Assembly: GCA_965223325.1 (NCBI GenBank)
Contig: CBDCWI010000001.1
Coordinates: forward strand, 1,216,001 to 1,280,000
Direction: 5' to 3'
Length of the DNA: 64,000 bases
From: Candidatus Multivoradales bacterium
Lineage (GTDB): Bacteria > Acidobacteriota > Thermoanaerobaculia > Multivoradales > Multivoraceae
In this document: positions 36,824-46,432 of the stretch, one piece after another
Position numbering within the stretch: position 1 is the stretch's first letter
Layout of the letters: every line of letters starts with the position of its first letter
The notes under the pieces: model-generated
What the model was told of the DNA's origin: nothing
The model's database searches: none
Seen by the model: only the letters and a program-made list of their open reading frames with translations
Made by a program: the position numbers and the translations under genes

Positions 36824-38314
36824 TCAGCGTTCGATCACGATCGCCTTCTTGCCCACCACCTTCTCGAGTGCCGGTTCACCTTCATCGATCGCTGACCACG
36901 GACCAACGACGAGGACCCGCAGCGCACGCGGGTCGAGGTAGCGGCGGGCGACGTTTTGAACCTGCTTTGCTGTGACGCGGGAGATGTCTCGGCGCCAGGT
37001 CTGCCAGGTCTCGTGCGGGCGCCCGATGAGCTCGTCCTCGGCGTAACGACCGGCAACGTCTTCCGCCGAATCGAAGAGCAACGGGAACGCATCGATCATT
37101 GTCGCTTTCGCGAGCTCGACCTCGTTCTCCGGAACCAGCTCGGTACGCATCTGGGAAACCGTCTCGATCGCCACCTCGACGGCGGCCGCAGCCGAGCCGG
37201 GATCGGTCTCGAGAAAGACCTCGAAGTCACCCTCGGACTCGGTCCCGATACCGAACCCCGCCGATACCCGATAGACCAGTGAGCGCTCCCCGCGCAGGTG
37301 CGCCCGCAAGCGCGAAACAGCTCCACCACCACCCAGGACCTCGGCCATGACCAGAAGGGCCGGGCGATCGCGGTGGCCCCACTCGAGCCTGGCGCCGGGG
37401 TGTCCGAGGGTGATCTTGGCCTGATCGGTGGTGTGCTCACGACGATAGAGGCCAGGGGCCCGAGCCGTCCTGGGAACGGCAGGTCGTACGGTCTCTGGGC
37501 TGGCGGCAGATTGCCGATCGGACTGCGACAGGCTTTCCTCGACGTGCTCCGTAAAGTGCTCCTCGAGGAGCGCGAGCACGGTCTCGGCCTTCACCGCTCC
37601 GGCGACCGCGATGACCATGTTCTCTGGTCGATAGTGGCGACGATGGAACGCAGTCATCGAGTCGCGCGAGATACGGGAGAGTGATTGGGCACTGACCCGC
37701 CGCACTTCGGGGTGCGCGGCTCCCCAGAGCAGCACTCCCCACTCCCGCTCGAGCACACGAAGCGGGCTGTCATTCTCTTGAGCGAGGCTCTGCAGCAGAT
37801 TGCGTTTCGCGAGTTCGAGACGATCGCTCTCGAAGCGCGGAACGAGCAGTGCATCGGCCAGCAAAGCCAGGGCACGATCGAGGTGCTCGGGCGAGCAGTC
37901 CAGTGAGACTCCCGAGCGCCTGTGGCCACCGAACGAGTCGATGTCAGCGCCCAGGAAATCTACCGCTTCGTCGAACTCCAGCGCTGAGAGCTGACCGGCA
38001 CCACCGCGACGCAGCATGGCGCCGGTCAAAGAGGCCAGCCCGACCGCCTCCGGCGGATCGAGAACTCCACCCACACGAACCGCAACGGACACTTCGACCA
38101 GCGGAACACTCCAGTCCGAAACCACCCAGACTGGGGTGCCACTCGACAATTCGAAACGCAGACCATCAACCGGTGGCGGGTCGAACTCCAGGGCTGGCAG
38201 GTCAAGCTCGTCCGGTCGACGCGGAATCGACATTTCCTCGGCGCTCACCGGAACCAGGCCAACAAGCGCTCCCAAGAAGAGCGACAGAGCCAGCGAACCG
38301 AGAGCCCGGCTCAT
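36824..38314 (-). CDS. M16 (pitrilysin) family protein, non-catalytic subunit
   Basis: GLASLTGAML replaces HxxEH; YRPENMVIAVAG, LGGGG..SRL...R....LVY; ATGA overlap with the upstream gene. Confidence 0.87.
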   Translation of the reverse strand: MSRALGSLALSLFLGALVGLVPVSAEEMSIPRRPDELDLPALEFDPPPVDGLRFELSSGTPVWVVSDWSVPLVEVSVAVRVGGVLDPPEAVGLASLTGAMLRRGGAGQLSALEFDEAVDFLGADIDSFGGHRRSGVSLDCSPEHLDRALALLADALLVPRFESDRLELAKRNLLQSLAQENDSPLRVLEREWGVLLWGAAHPEVRRVSAQSLSRISRDSMTAFHRRHYRPENMVIAVAGAVKAETVLALLEEHFTEHVEESLSQSDRQSAASPETVRPAVPRTARAPGLYRREHTTDQAKITLGHPGARLEWGHRDRPALLVMAEVLGGGGAVSRLRAHLRGERSLVYRVSAGFGIGTESEGDFEVFLETDPGSAAAAVEVAIETVSQMRTELVPENEVELAKATMIDAFPLLFDSAEDVAGRYAEDELIGRPHETWQTWRRDISRVTAKQVQNVARRYLDPRALRVLVVGPWSAIDEGEPALEKVVGKKAIVIER

Positions 38315-39903
38315 GGCGAGGAGCCCTCGCGTTCGAGGATGAGGGTTGCCGCGCGTTCCGGCTGAAGGTAGGTGCCCACGACCCGCTGCACATCCTCAGG
38401 CGTCACAGCGCGTGCCGCCTGTGGACCCTTCTGGAGCCAGCGCCAGTCCGAGAGCGCCTCGAAGACCACCAGGCGCAACGCGAACTCGAGCGGTTCCTCA
38501 ACCTGACGGGCGGAGTCTGTAACCAGCCGGTTCTGGACCTTCAAAAGCTCGGTCGCTGATACTTCTTCGCCGGCCAGCCGGTCGAGTTCGGCTCGCATCA
38601 CCTCGAGAACCTGTTCGGCCGACGCCCCGTCGCGCAGCTCGGCGAGCACCGAAAACGAGCCGGCATGACGGAGGGGAGCGTGCTCGGCAGTGACGCTGAT
38701 CGCCGTCTCGCGCTCGAGCACCAGGGCCTTCTGCAGCCGACCCGTGCGCCCGGCGAGCAGCCGTGCCACCACGTCGAGCGCGGCGGCGTCGGGATGGCCA
38801 AACGGCACCGTCTCGAAGCGCAGTTCTGCCGACCCGGCGCAGGCACAGCGGGCCCACATGTCGAGTTCCGGTAGGTGACGAAGGGCAGCAAACCGCCCCT
38901 CCCCGGGGGGTAACTCGGGCTCCGCCGAAGCCCCGCCCTTCGACGAGGCGCCCTCTTGTTCACCGGTTCGATCGAAAGCCTTCGGCAGACGACCGAAGTA
39001 GGCCTTCGCCCAGCGTTCGACCTTCGCACGATCGAAGTCGCCGACGATTGCCGCAACCAGCCGATCGGGACGGTAGTTGTTCTCGAAAAAGCGCAGCGCC
39101 TCGGGCCGGCCGAGTTTCTGCAGGTCTTCTTCGATGCCGATCGACGGCCAGGAGTACGGGTGCCCCGGCCCCCAGAAGGCGCGGCTGAACTGCTCACGCT
39201 CTTCGCCACCCGGCACCGAAGCAATGCGTTGGCGGCGCTCCTCGCTGATCACCTGCAGTTCCTCGAACACCTCACGCAAACGCGGTTCGAGCAAGCGATT
39301 CGACTCCATCCAGAACCACAGTTCGAGGCGCGGCGCCGGCAAGACGAGCCAGTAGGCGGTGAGATCACGCCTGGTCATGGCGTTGACGCCGCGCGCACCC
39401 GAACGCGTGTAGAGGTAGGCGAACTCACCCTTTATGTGAAGGTCGCGCAGTTGAAGCGCCAGCCGCCTGGCGCGCTTGACCAGCGTTTCACGGGTATCTG
39501 CGTCGAGCTGCGGATCGCGCAGTTGTCGAAGCAAGGCGTCCTGCCGTTCGAGCAGCTTGAGCTCGCGCGTCGGTTCGCGAGTTCCGATGGTCGCGGTACC
39601 GTTGAACATGACGTGCTCGAGCAAATGAGCCAGGCCGGTCGACCCCGGTTCTTCGTCGGCTGAACCGGCGCGGACAGCCCAGGCGGTTGCGGTCATCGGC
39701 AGCCCAGGGCGCTCGACGAGCAAGAAGGTCATCCCGTTCTCGAGCACGAAGGAGTCAATCGGTGCAAAGTCGCCGGCAGAAGCCGGAAGCGACGGGTCGC
39801 CCTCTCCACTCTCGGTATTGGCCTGTGCCTCGGTGCGCGCCGCCAACGCAGCAACCATGAGCATGAACAGAACCACGAGCCCCGCTGGTTTGTGCAAGCT
39901 CAC
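38311..39903 (-). CDS. M16 family zinc peptidase, catalytic subunit
   Basis: LENGM, AGSADE, GLAHLLEHVMF (HxxEH), NAMT, EERRQR; GTG start at 39903 overlaps the CRTAC1 TGA. Confidence 0.88.
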   Translation of the reverse strand: MSLHKPAGLVVLFMLMVAALAARTEAQANTESGEGDPSLPASAGDFAPIDSFVLENGMTFLLVERPGLPMTATAWAVRAGSADEEPGSTGLAHLLEHVMFNGTATIGTREPTRELKLLERQDALLRQLRDPQLDADTRETLVKRARRLALQLRDLHIKGEFAYLYTRSGARGVNAMTRRDLTAYWLVLPAPRLELWFWMESNRLLEPRLREVFEELQVISEERRQRIASVPGGEEREQFSRAFWGPGHPYSWPSIGIEEDLQKLGRPEALRFFENNYRPDRLVAAIVGDFDRAKVERWAKAYFGRLPKAFDRTGEQEGASSKGGASAEPELPPGEGRFAALRHLPELDMWARCACAGSAELRFETVPFGHPDAAALDVVARLLAGRTGRLQKALVLERETAISVTAEHAPLRHAGSFSVLAELRDGASAEQVLEVMRAELDRLAGEEVSATELLKVQNRLVTDSARQVEEPLEFALRLVVFEALSDWRWLQKGPQAARAVTPEDVQRVVGTYLQPERAATLILEREGSSP

Positions 39904-41663
39904 CGGGACTCCACCATGTGCAAGTAGCGCCCGGCGGGGGGCTCGAGGACTCGACGCTTGCGACCGTCGGGCCATGCGACCTCGACAGCCGACGGTCTCT
40001 GTCCGGCCTCACCGAGCCCAAAGAGTTGGCGGCGGTCGCTCGATGCCTGGTAGCTACCACCTGCGATCACCCAACGGCGGGCGATCGACCGCGCCGCCTC
40101 TCCGGCCCCGCCGGCGTCCGCGCCCCATTCGAGAGTCACCTGCGCTCCGAGGCTTTCCGTGTTGGGACTCCGACCCTCGAGCGCGACCCCGAGCCAGGCG
40201 TCTTTCGCCTCTCGGCGGTTGATCAACAGGACCGGCGAGCCACCGTTCTCGGTCACCAGGAGATCGAGATCACCGTCGTTGTCGAAGTCGGCCCCTGCGG
40301 CAGCGCGTGAGACCCCGGCTGAAAAGTCGGCCACGACGCAAGGCGACGCTTCGAAGCCTCCTTGCCCGTTTCCCAGCAAGAGAGCGTCGGGCTGCGCGAA
40401 CGACACGTTCTCGCGGGCCGGGCGTTCGAAGATGTGACCATTGGCAACGAACAGGTCGATGGCTCCGTCGAGGTTGAAGTCACCCGCCACCAGACCGAAG
40501 CCAAGCCGATTGAACGACGGCGGACCGAAGCCGCTGGCAGCCGAGGCGTCATCGAAGAACAGGCCACCCAGGTTGCGGTAGAGGGTGTTGGTTTCGACGT
40601 CGAAGTTGGTGACCGCCAGGTCAGGATCGCCGTCGCCCTCGGCATCGAAGAGCGCCAGGCCCATGCCGGCCTCGGGCTTTCCCACCGCGTCGACCGCAGC
40701 GCCTGAAAGCAACGAAACGTCGTCAAAGGTGCCATCACCGCGCCCCCGGAAGAGGAAGTTCGGGGTGAGGTCGTTGGCAACGTAAATATCGAGGTGACGG
40801 TCACCGTCGAGGTCGGCCAGCAGCACACCGAGGCCCTTTCCTCGAGCGCCCGCCAGGCCCGCTGCCTGCGACCTGTCAACGAAGTGACCGTCGCCCCGGT
40901 TGATGAGGAGCCGATCGGCCTGCCCCTCGAAGAGAGCGGGATCGCAGTAGTCGCGCCGGCCCGAGGCTCGGTCGCCGCAGAACAGGTCGGCCGCCTCGTC
41001 GTAATCGAGATAGTGAACGACATAGAGATCGATCCAGGCGTCCCCGTTCAGGTCCCCGGCCGCAATCGCAGACGACCAGGGCCGGGCGCTAGACGGCGTC
41101 GGATCCGTCAGGCGGTCGCTCGCCAACTCGAAGCTTCCCGCCTGATTGATCAGGAGCTCGGTTCCGCCGAAGTGGGCGAGCACCAGATCGCGGTCGCGAT
41201 CTCCGTCGACATCGACGGCCAACACACCCTGGCCATAGCCGGTGTCGCTCGGTGCCACTCCGGGTACTGGCACCAGGCGCCCGCGACCGCGATTGGCCAA
41301 CAGTTGGTGCCCGTGGGCTCCGCTGTCGTTGCCAGTGCCGGCGGTCGACGTTGAACCGGGAAGTTCGCCCGACTGGACGAGGAAGAGGTCGAGCAGGCCG
41401 TCGCCATCGCGGTCGACCCAGGCCGCCCCTGCACCCATGGTTTCCGGCAGGTGACGATCACCGCGGTCGCCGCGGCGATGCTCGAAAGACTCGAGCACGC
41501 GCGCCTCGAACAACGCCTGGTCGCTCCGGCACGGGTCCTCCGCCGCCGCCCCTTCTGGCAGCAAGATCGAGCCAGCGAGACAACTGACGGCAATCGGCGC
41601 AAGAAGCGCCAAGCCAGGCGCCGCTGTGAAGGAACGACCGCGCATTCCCTGATTATCGTTCAT
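39900..41663 (-). CDS. CRTAC1/ASPIC-UnbV family FG-GAP protein
   Basis: LPETMGAG, DxDGDG repeats, FCGD..RDYCDP, EAGMG, GGSYQASSD..FGLG, WPDG. Confidence 0.9.
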   Translation of the reverse strand: MNDNQGMRGRSFTAAPGLALLAPIAVSCLAGSILLPEGAAAEDPCRSDQALFEARVLESFEHRRGDRGDRHLPETMGAGAAWVDRDGDGLLDLFLVQSGELPGSTSTAGTGNDSGAHGHQLLANRGRGRLVPVPGVAPSDTGYGQGVLAVDVDGDRDRDLVLAHFGGTELLINQAGSFELASDRLTDPTPSSARPWSSAIAAGDLNGDAWIDLYVVHYLDYDEAADLFCGDRASGRRDYCDPALFEGQADRLLINRGDGHFVDRSQAAGLAGARGKGLGVLLADLDGDRHLDIYVANDLTPNFLFRGRGDGTFDDVSLLSGAAVDAVGKPEAGMGLALFDAEGDGDPDLAVTNFDVETNTLYRNLGGLFFDDASAASGFGPPSFNRLGFGLVAGDFNLDGAIDLFVANGHIFERPARENVSFAQPDALLLGNGQGGFEASPCVVADFSAGVSRAAAGADFDNDGDLDLLVTENGGSPVLLINRREAKDAWLGVALEGRSPNTESLGAQVTLEWGADAGGAGEAARSIARRWVIAGGSYQASSDRRQLFGLGEAGQRPSAVEVAWPDGRKRRVLEPPAGRYLHMVESR

Positions 41664-41827
41664 CTGAAGTCGTCGCGAATCGTGCTCCCCGACGTGCCAG
41701 CCAAGCGCCGACTGGTATCGTTCGTGGAACGCCTTTTACAAGTCCGTTTTCAATCTTCCGAATGTCGCAGCACCACAACGCTGCGCGCCTCGTTGCGCAC
41801 TGGCAGGCCGACAGAGGAACGATTCCT

Positions 41828-42364
41828 ATGGCCTCAACGACTTCTCAGGAAGGAGCAACCCTGAGCTACCAAGAACCAAGAATGCGTCAGCTCGTCGACT
41901 GGAGCGCAGCCTTCCAGGCCGGCTTCCTGGCCGGGCTGGCTTTCCTGCTCGTCAACCTCTTCGTCATCCCAGCAGTCATCGGTGGCAATGCCTGGATCAT
42001 GATCCGGCTCGCGGCCTCCGTTCTACTCGGCGACACGATCCTCGCTCCGCCCGCCACTTTCGACCTGTCGGCACTGGCGGCTGGATTGCTCGTCCACTTC
42101 ACCCTCTCGGTGCTCTTCGCCTTGTTCATCGCCTTCTGCCTGCACCGCTGGGGAATCGTCGTTGGCATCGTCGGCGGGGCTCTGTTCGGGCTGGCGCTCT
42201 ACGGCATCAACTTCTACACCCTGACGATGCCCGACCTCTACCCGTGGTTCTATCCCTTCCGCGGCGTTCCCATGGCGCTCTCGCACGTCCTCTTCGGCGC
42301 CCTCGCCGGCGGCATCTACGAAGCGCTCGAGGTCGAAGAGTTCGTGCCGGTCGAAGAAAGTTGA
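41828..42364 (+). CDS. Hypothetical integral membrane protein (~4 TM helices)
   Basis: Hydrophobic segments with intramembrane His (LVHF, LSHVLFG). Confidence 0.75.
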   Translation: MASTTSQEGATLSYQEPRMRQLVDWSAAFQAGFLAGLAFLLVNLFVIPAVIGGNAWIMIRLAASVLLGDTILAPPATFDLSALAAGLLVHFTLSVLFALFIAFCLHRWGIVVGIVGGALFGLALYGINFYTLTMPDLYPWFYPFRGVPMALSHVLFGALAGGIYEALEVEEFVPVEES

Positions 42365-42465
42365 AGCTCTAGGTTCCGCCGCGGCGTGACACTGCCGCCC
42401 ACCGCACCCACCCGACTCACGAAGAAACCTCCCCGCGCCCTATTCCTCCCGAGAGGAGCTCCGCC

Positions 42466-43338
42466 ATGGCCCGCTACCGCAACAGTCCATCCCCCAGCCC
42501 GTTCGGGCGCCGACGCACCATGCGCCGACGGCCTGCCCGTCGCAGCTTTGGCGGCATTCGCCTCCTGATCGCGGCCGGCATCATCGGTTGGGCGCTGATC
42601 TCCTTCTTCCGCTCGAAGGAGTTCAACCCGATTACCGGCGAGCAGATTCACGTCGCGATGACGCCGGAGCAGGAGATCGCCCTCGGTCTCCAGGCCACGC
42701 CGCAGATGATGCAGCAGCACGGCGGCCTCCTGCAGGATCAGAGCCTGCAGGACGCTCTCGACGCCGTCGGTTTCGCGATCGTCGAGGCCAGCGAGGCACG
42801 CCAGACGGATTGGCAGTTCGAGTTCCACCTGCTCGCCGACCCCGAAGTCGTCAACGCCTTTGCCCTGCCTGGCGGCCAGGTGTTCATCACCCGGGCGCTC
42901 TGGGAGCGCCTAGAAACCACCGGGCAGCTGGCCGGCGTGCTCGGGCACGAGATCGGCCATGTGGTGGCGCGTCATTCGGCCCAACGGGTCTCGAAGCAGC
43001 AGCTCTTTCAAGGTCTCCTCGGCGCCGTGCTGGTCGCCGCGGGTGGTGGCGGCAACGAGGCCTACATGGCGCAGATGATCGGTCAAATGGTCAACATGAA
43101 GTACGGCCGCGAAGACGAGCTCCAGTCCGACGATCTGGGGGTCGACTACATGTCTGACGCCGGCTACGACCCGCGCTCCATGGTGCGGGTGATGGAGATC
43201 CTCGCCGAAGCCAGCGGTGGCGCACGCCAACCTGAGTTCATGAGCACCCACCCGAGTCCCGAGAACCGCATCGAAAAGATCCACGAGGCGGTCCGGAAGC
43301 GCTGGCCACAGGGTGTGCCGAGCGATCTCGTACCGTAG
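42466..43338 (+). CDS. M48 family metalloprotease
   Basis: VNAFALPGG, GHEIGHV, YGREDELQSD, STHPS. Confidence 0.93.
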   Translation: MARYRNSPSPSPFGRRRTMRRRPARRSFGGIRLLIAAGIIGWALISFFRSKEFNPITGEQIHVAMTPEQEIALGLQATPQMMQQHGGLLQDQSLQDALDAVGFAIVEASEARQTDWQFEFHLLADPEVVNAFALPGGQVFITRALWERLETTGQLAGVLGHEIGHVVARHSAQRVSKQQLFQGLLGAVLVAAGGGGNEAYMAQMIGQMVNMKYGREDELQSDDLGVDYMSDAGYDPRSMVRVMEILAEASGGARQPEFMSTHPSPENRIEKIHEAVRKRWPQGVPSDLVP

Positions 43339-43516
43339 GTTGACGCCGTAGCGAACGCTCGACCGGCAACCCGATTCCGAACGGCCCGCCGGGGCCGTGG
43401 ACCGACGAGTCGTCGTTGTGAGCAGCAGCGCCTAGAATCAGCGAGAGGCTGTTTCAGGCCTCGCCGCAGCCCGGAGCCAGGCGCCCGGGCCCAGATAGGC
43501 CCTGAGGGGAAGAAGC

Positions 43517-44878
43517 ATGCCGCGTAGCCGTTTCGTCGTCATGGGTGCGGGAGAGGTGGGCCATCTGGTCGCCGAAACGCTCTCCCAGGAAAACCACGAC
43601 GTGATCGTGATCGACCTCGACCCGGAAAAGAGACGCATCGAGGACGAGCTCGACGTGCGCTTCATCGCTGGCAGCGGCAGCCATCTCCAGATCTTGAGAC
43701 AGGCTGATGTGGGTTCCTGCGATCTCTTCATCGCCGCCTCGTCGTCCGAAGACGCGAACCTCAGCGCATCGCTCCTGGCGAAGGAGCTGGGCGCCAAGCG
43801 AACGGCGGTGCGCGTTGAGACCACCGAAGACCTGACGACCCATCGCAACGTCTACGAGAAGCTCTTTCAAGCCGACCTGTTGCTCTCACCCCAGATTCAG
43901 GCCACCAATCGGGTTCTCAATTACGTCCTCGGGCACAACACCCAGGAAGTCGACTACTTAGCGCGCGGCCGCATTCAACTGCGCAAGATCGAGGTGCAAA
44001 GCGACAGCCAGCTGGCGCGTCGCTCGCTGCGGGACGTCGACCTGCCGCACGGGTGTCGACTGGTGGGCTACGTCGACTCGACCGGTGGGCTGCGTGCCCC
44101 CCATCCAGATGAGCGCGCACAGGTCGGCACTGAAGCCATCGTCGTGCTCACCGGCGACGCGATTCGCCGTACCGAAAAGCTGTTCGCGTCGAGCCTCGAC
44201 ATGCCGGGCACAGTGGTCATTGCCGGTGCCACCTCGACCGGAATCACGATCGCCCGTGCACTCTCCGGCCAGGCCAAGCACATCAAGTTGATCGAGCGCG
44301 ATCGGCGCCGAGCACGCCACGTCGCGTCCGCCCATCACTGGCTCGAGGTTCTGCATGGCGACGCGACCGATCTGGCCCTTTTGCGCAGCGAGAACATCGG
44401 CAATGCGCATGCCTTCATCGGCGCGACCGGCAACGACGAAACCAACCTCATGGCCGGCCTCGAGGCGCAGGAGCTCGGCGTTGACCACATTGTCGTACTG
44501 GTCGACCGTTCGGAGACCAGCCGCCTGTGGGAGCGCATTGGCGACATCACTCCGATCTCGGCCCGGCAGTTGGCCGCCAAACGAATCGCCGACTACGTCG
44601 CCCACGGCTACCAACCGAATCTGGTGTCGCTCGATGAGGGCGGCATCCAGGTCAAGATGCGGCACATCTATCCCGAAAGCGCCGTTGCCGGGGCGACCCT
44701 GGCGCAGATTGATCCGCCGCAGGGAGTGATCGTCGGAGCCGTCGTGCGCGGAGAGAAGGTCTTCCTGCCGCAGGCGCACGACGCCATCGAAGCCGGCGAC
44801 GAGGTGCTGTTGTTCGTTCACCCGAGTGAGCTCAAGACGCTCAAGCTCTTCTTCCCCGGCAAGGACACCGTCGCCTGA
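43517..44878 (+). CDS. trkA: Trk potassium uptake NAD-binding subunit
   Basis: GAGEVG Rossmann motif, two RCK-N/RCK-C units, HGDATD; adjacent to trkH. Confidence 0.9.
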   Translation: MPRSRFVVMGAGEVGHLVAETLSQENHDVIVIDLDPEKRRIEDELDVRFIAGSGSHLQILRQADVGSCDLFIAASSSEDANLSASLLAKELGAKRTAVRVETTEDLTTHRNVYEKLFQADLLLSPQIQATNRVLNYVLGHNTQEVDYLARGRIQLRKIEVQSDSQLARRSLRDVDLPHGCRLVGYVDSTGGLRAPHPDERAQVGTEAIVVLTGDAIRRTEKLFASSLDMPGTVVIAGATSTGITIARALSGQAKHIKLIERDRRRARHVASAHHWLEVLHGDATDLALLRSENIGNAHAFIGATGNDETNLMAGLEAQELGVDHIVVLVDRSETSRLWERIGDITPISARQLAAKRIADYVAHGYQPNLVSLDEGGIQVKMRHIYPESAVAGATLAQIDPPQGVIVGAVVRGEKVFLPQAHDAIEAGDEVLLFVHPSELKTLKLFFPGKDTVA

Positions 44879-44891
44879 TGAGACGCGGGCG

Positions 44892-46346
44892 TTGAATCTT
44901 CGCGCGGTCGCTGGGCTGCTTTCTCAACTCGTCGGCCTGATCGGCGCAGCACTGGGTCTGCCGCTGTTGTGGAGTTTGATCTACGGAGAGTCGGAATCGG
45001 GGCTGGCGATCCTGGGAACGATCGCGATCGCGTCGGCGACGGCACTCGTCCTGCGGCTGATCGGCGGACCGCGCGAGACCCGCGGCGCCCTCTACCGCCG
45101 CGACGGCATTCTGATCGTGGCTGGCGGTTGGCTCCTGGCGTCGCTGATCGGTGCGATTCCCTACCTTCTGAGCGGCTACATTCCCGACCCGGCTGATGCC
45201 CTGTTCGAGTCGGCCTCGGGCTTTACGACCACCGGCGCATCGGTTCTCACCGAGATCGAAGCGGTCGGCCGCGGCATCCTGTTCTGGCGCTCCCTGACGC
45301 AGTGGCTGGGTGGCCTCGGCATCATCGTCTTGTTCGTCGCGCTGCTCTCGGAGCTCGGACCCGGCGCGCGGTTTCTCTACCGGCTCGAGGTTCCTGGACC
45401 AACGGCCGAAGTGTTGTCGCCGCACGTGCGCCAATCGGCGTTGGTCTTGTGGCAGTTCTACCTCGGACTCACCCTGCTTCTGACAGTGCTACTCCTGCTC
45501 TGCGGCATGGGCCCCTACGACGCGCTGTCGCACTCCTTTACTACGCTCTCGACCGGCGGTTTCTCGCCCTACGGTGCGAGCGTCGCCGCCTTCGACTCGC
45601 CGGCAATCGACAGCATCATCACCGTGTTCATGGTCATCGCCGGCATCAACTTCTCGCTGTTCTTCGGCATTCGTCGGAAGGGTCTGGGGCTCTTCAAGGA
45701 TCGGGAGCTCGCTCTCTACCTCGCCCTGCTCTTCGCCGCTACGGTCTACATCTCGCGCGACCTGCTGCATCACGGCCAGGCGAGTGGTGTCGGCGAGGCG
45801 GTACGTTACGCCAGCTTTCAGGCGGCATCACTGATGACCACGACCGGGTTTGCGACCGCCGACTTCGACGTCTGGTCCGATTCTTCGCGCGCTCTCCTGC
45901 TCGGCTTGATGATCCTCGGCGGCTGCGCCGGTTCGACTGCCGGTGGTCTCAAAGTAATGCGGGCACTGATTGCCTGGAAAGCCGCGCTGCGTGAGTCGCG
46001 ACGCATCTTCCGTCCCAACACGATCATGCCGATCGCCATCGGTGACGCCACGGTTCCAGGCTGGGTGTCGTCGAGCGTGGCCGGCTTTGTCATTCTCTAT
46101 TTCGCGCTGCTCCTTCTGGGCGCGCTCATCCTGGCTCTCTCCGGCCACGACCTGTTGACCGCGTCGAGCGCAGCGCTCGCTTGCCTCGGAAACATCGGCC
46201 CGGGAATCGAGGCCGTCGGACCTACCCGGAACTTCGCGCATTTCGGCAGCTTCGAGAAGCTCGTGTTGGTCGCTCTCATGTGGCTTGGACGACTCGAGAT
46301 CCTGGCGATCACGGCCACTCTTCACCGCAGCTTCTGGCGACCCTGA
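44892..46346 (+). CDS. trkH: Trk potassium uptake membrane protein
   Basis: FESASGFTTTGA, QWLGGLG, TLSTGGF, TTTGF, GGCAGSTAGG, GNIGPG, GRLE; TTG start inferred. Confidence 0.93.
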   Translation: MNLRAVAGLLSQLVGLIGAALGLPLLWSLIYGESESGLAILGTIAIASATALVLRLIGGPRETRGALYRRDGILIVAGGWLLASLIGAIPYLLSGYIPDPADALFESASGFTTTGASVLTEIEAVGRGILFWRSLTQWLGGLGIIVLFVALLSELGPGARFLYRLEVPGPTAEVLSPHVRQSALVLWQFYLGLTLLLTVLLLLCGMGPYDALSHSFTTLSTGGFSPYGASVAAFDSPAIDSIITVFMVIAGINFSLFFGIRRKGLGLFKDRELALYLALLFAATVYISRDLLHHGQASGVGEAVRYASFQAASLMTTTGFATADFDVWSDSSRALLLGLMILGGCAGSTAGGLKVMRALIAWKAALRESRRIFRPNTIMPIAIGDATVPGWVSSSVAGFVILYFALLLLGALILALSGHDLLTASSAALACLGNIGPGIEAVGPTRNFAHFGSFEKLVLVALMWLGRLEILAITATLHRSFWRP

Positions 46347-46432
46347 CGACCGAGGGCAAAGCGATACGCTTTCGATCGTCCCCGCCATGAGAACCTGCTG
46401 AAACCACGACCTCGAGACCGGGAGTCCTACGG

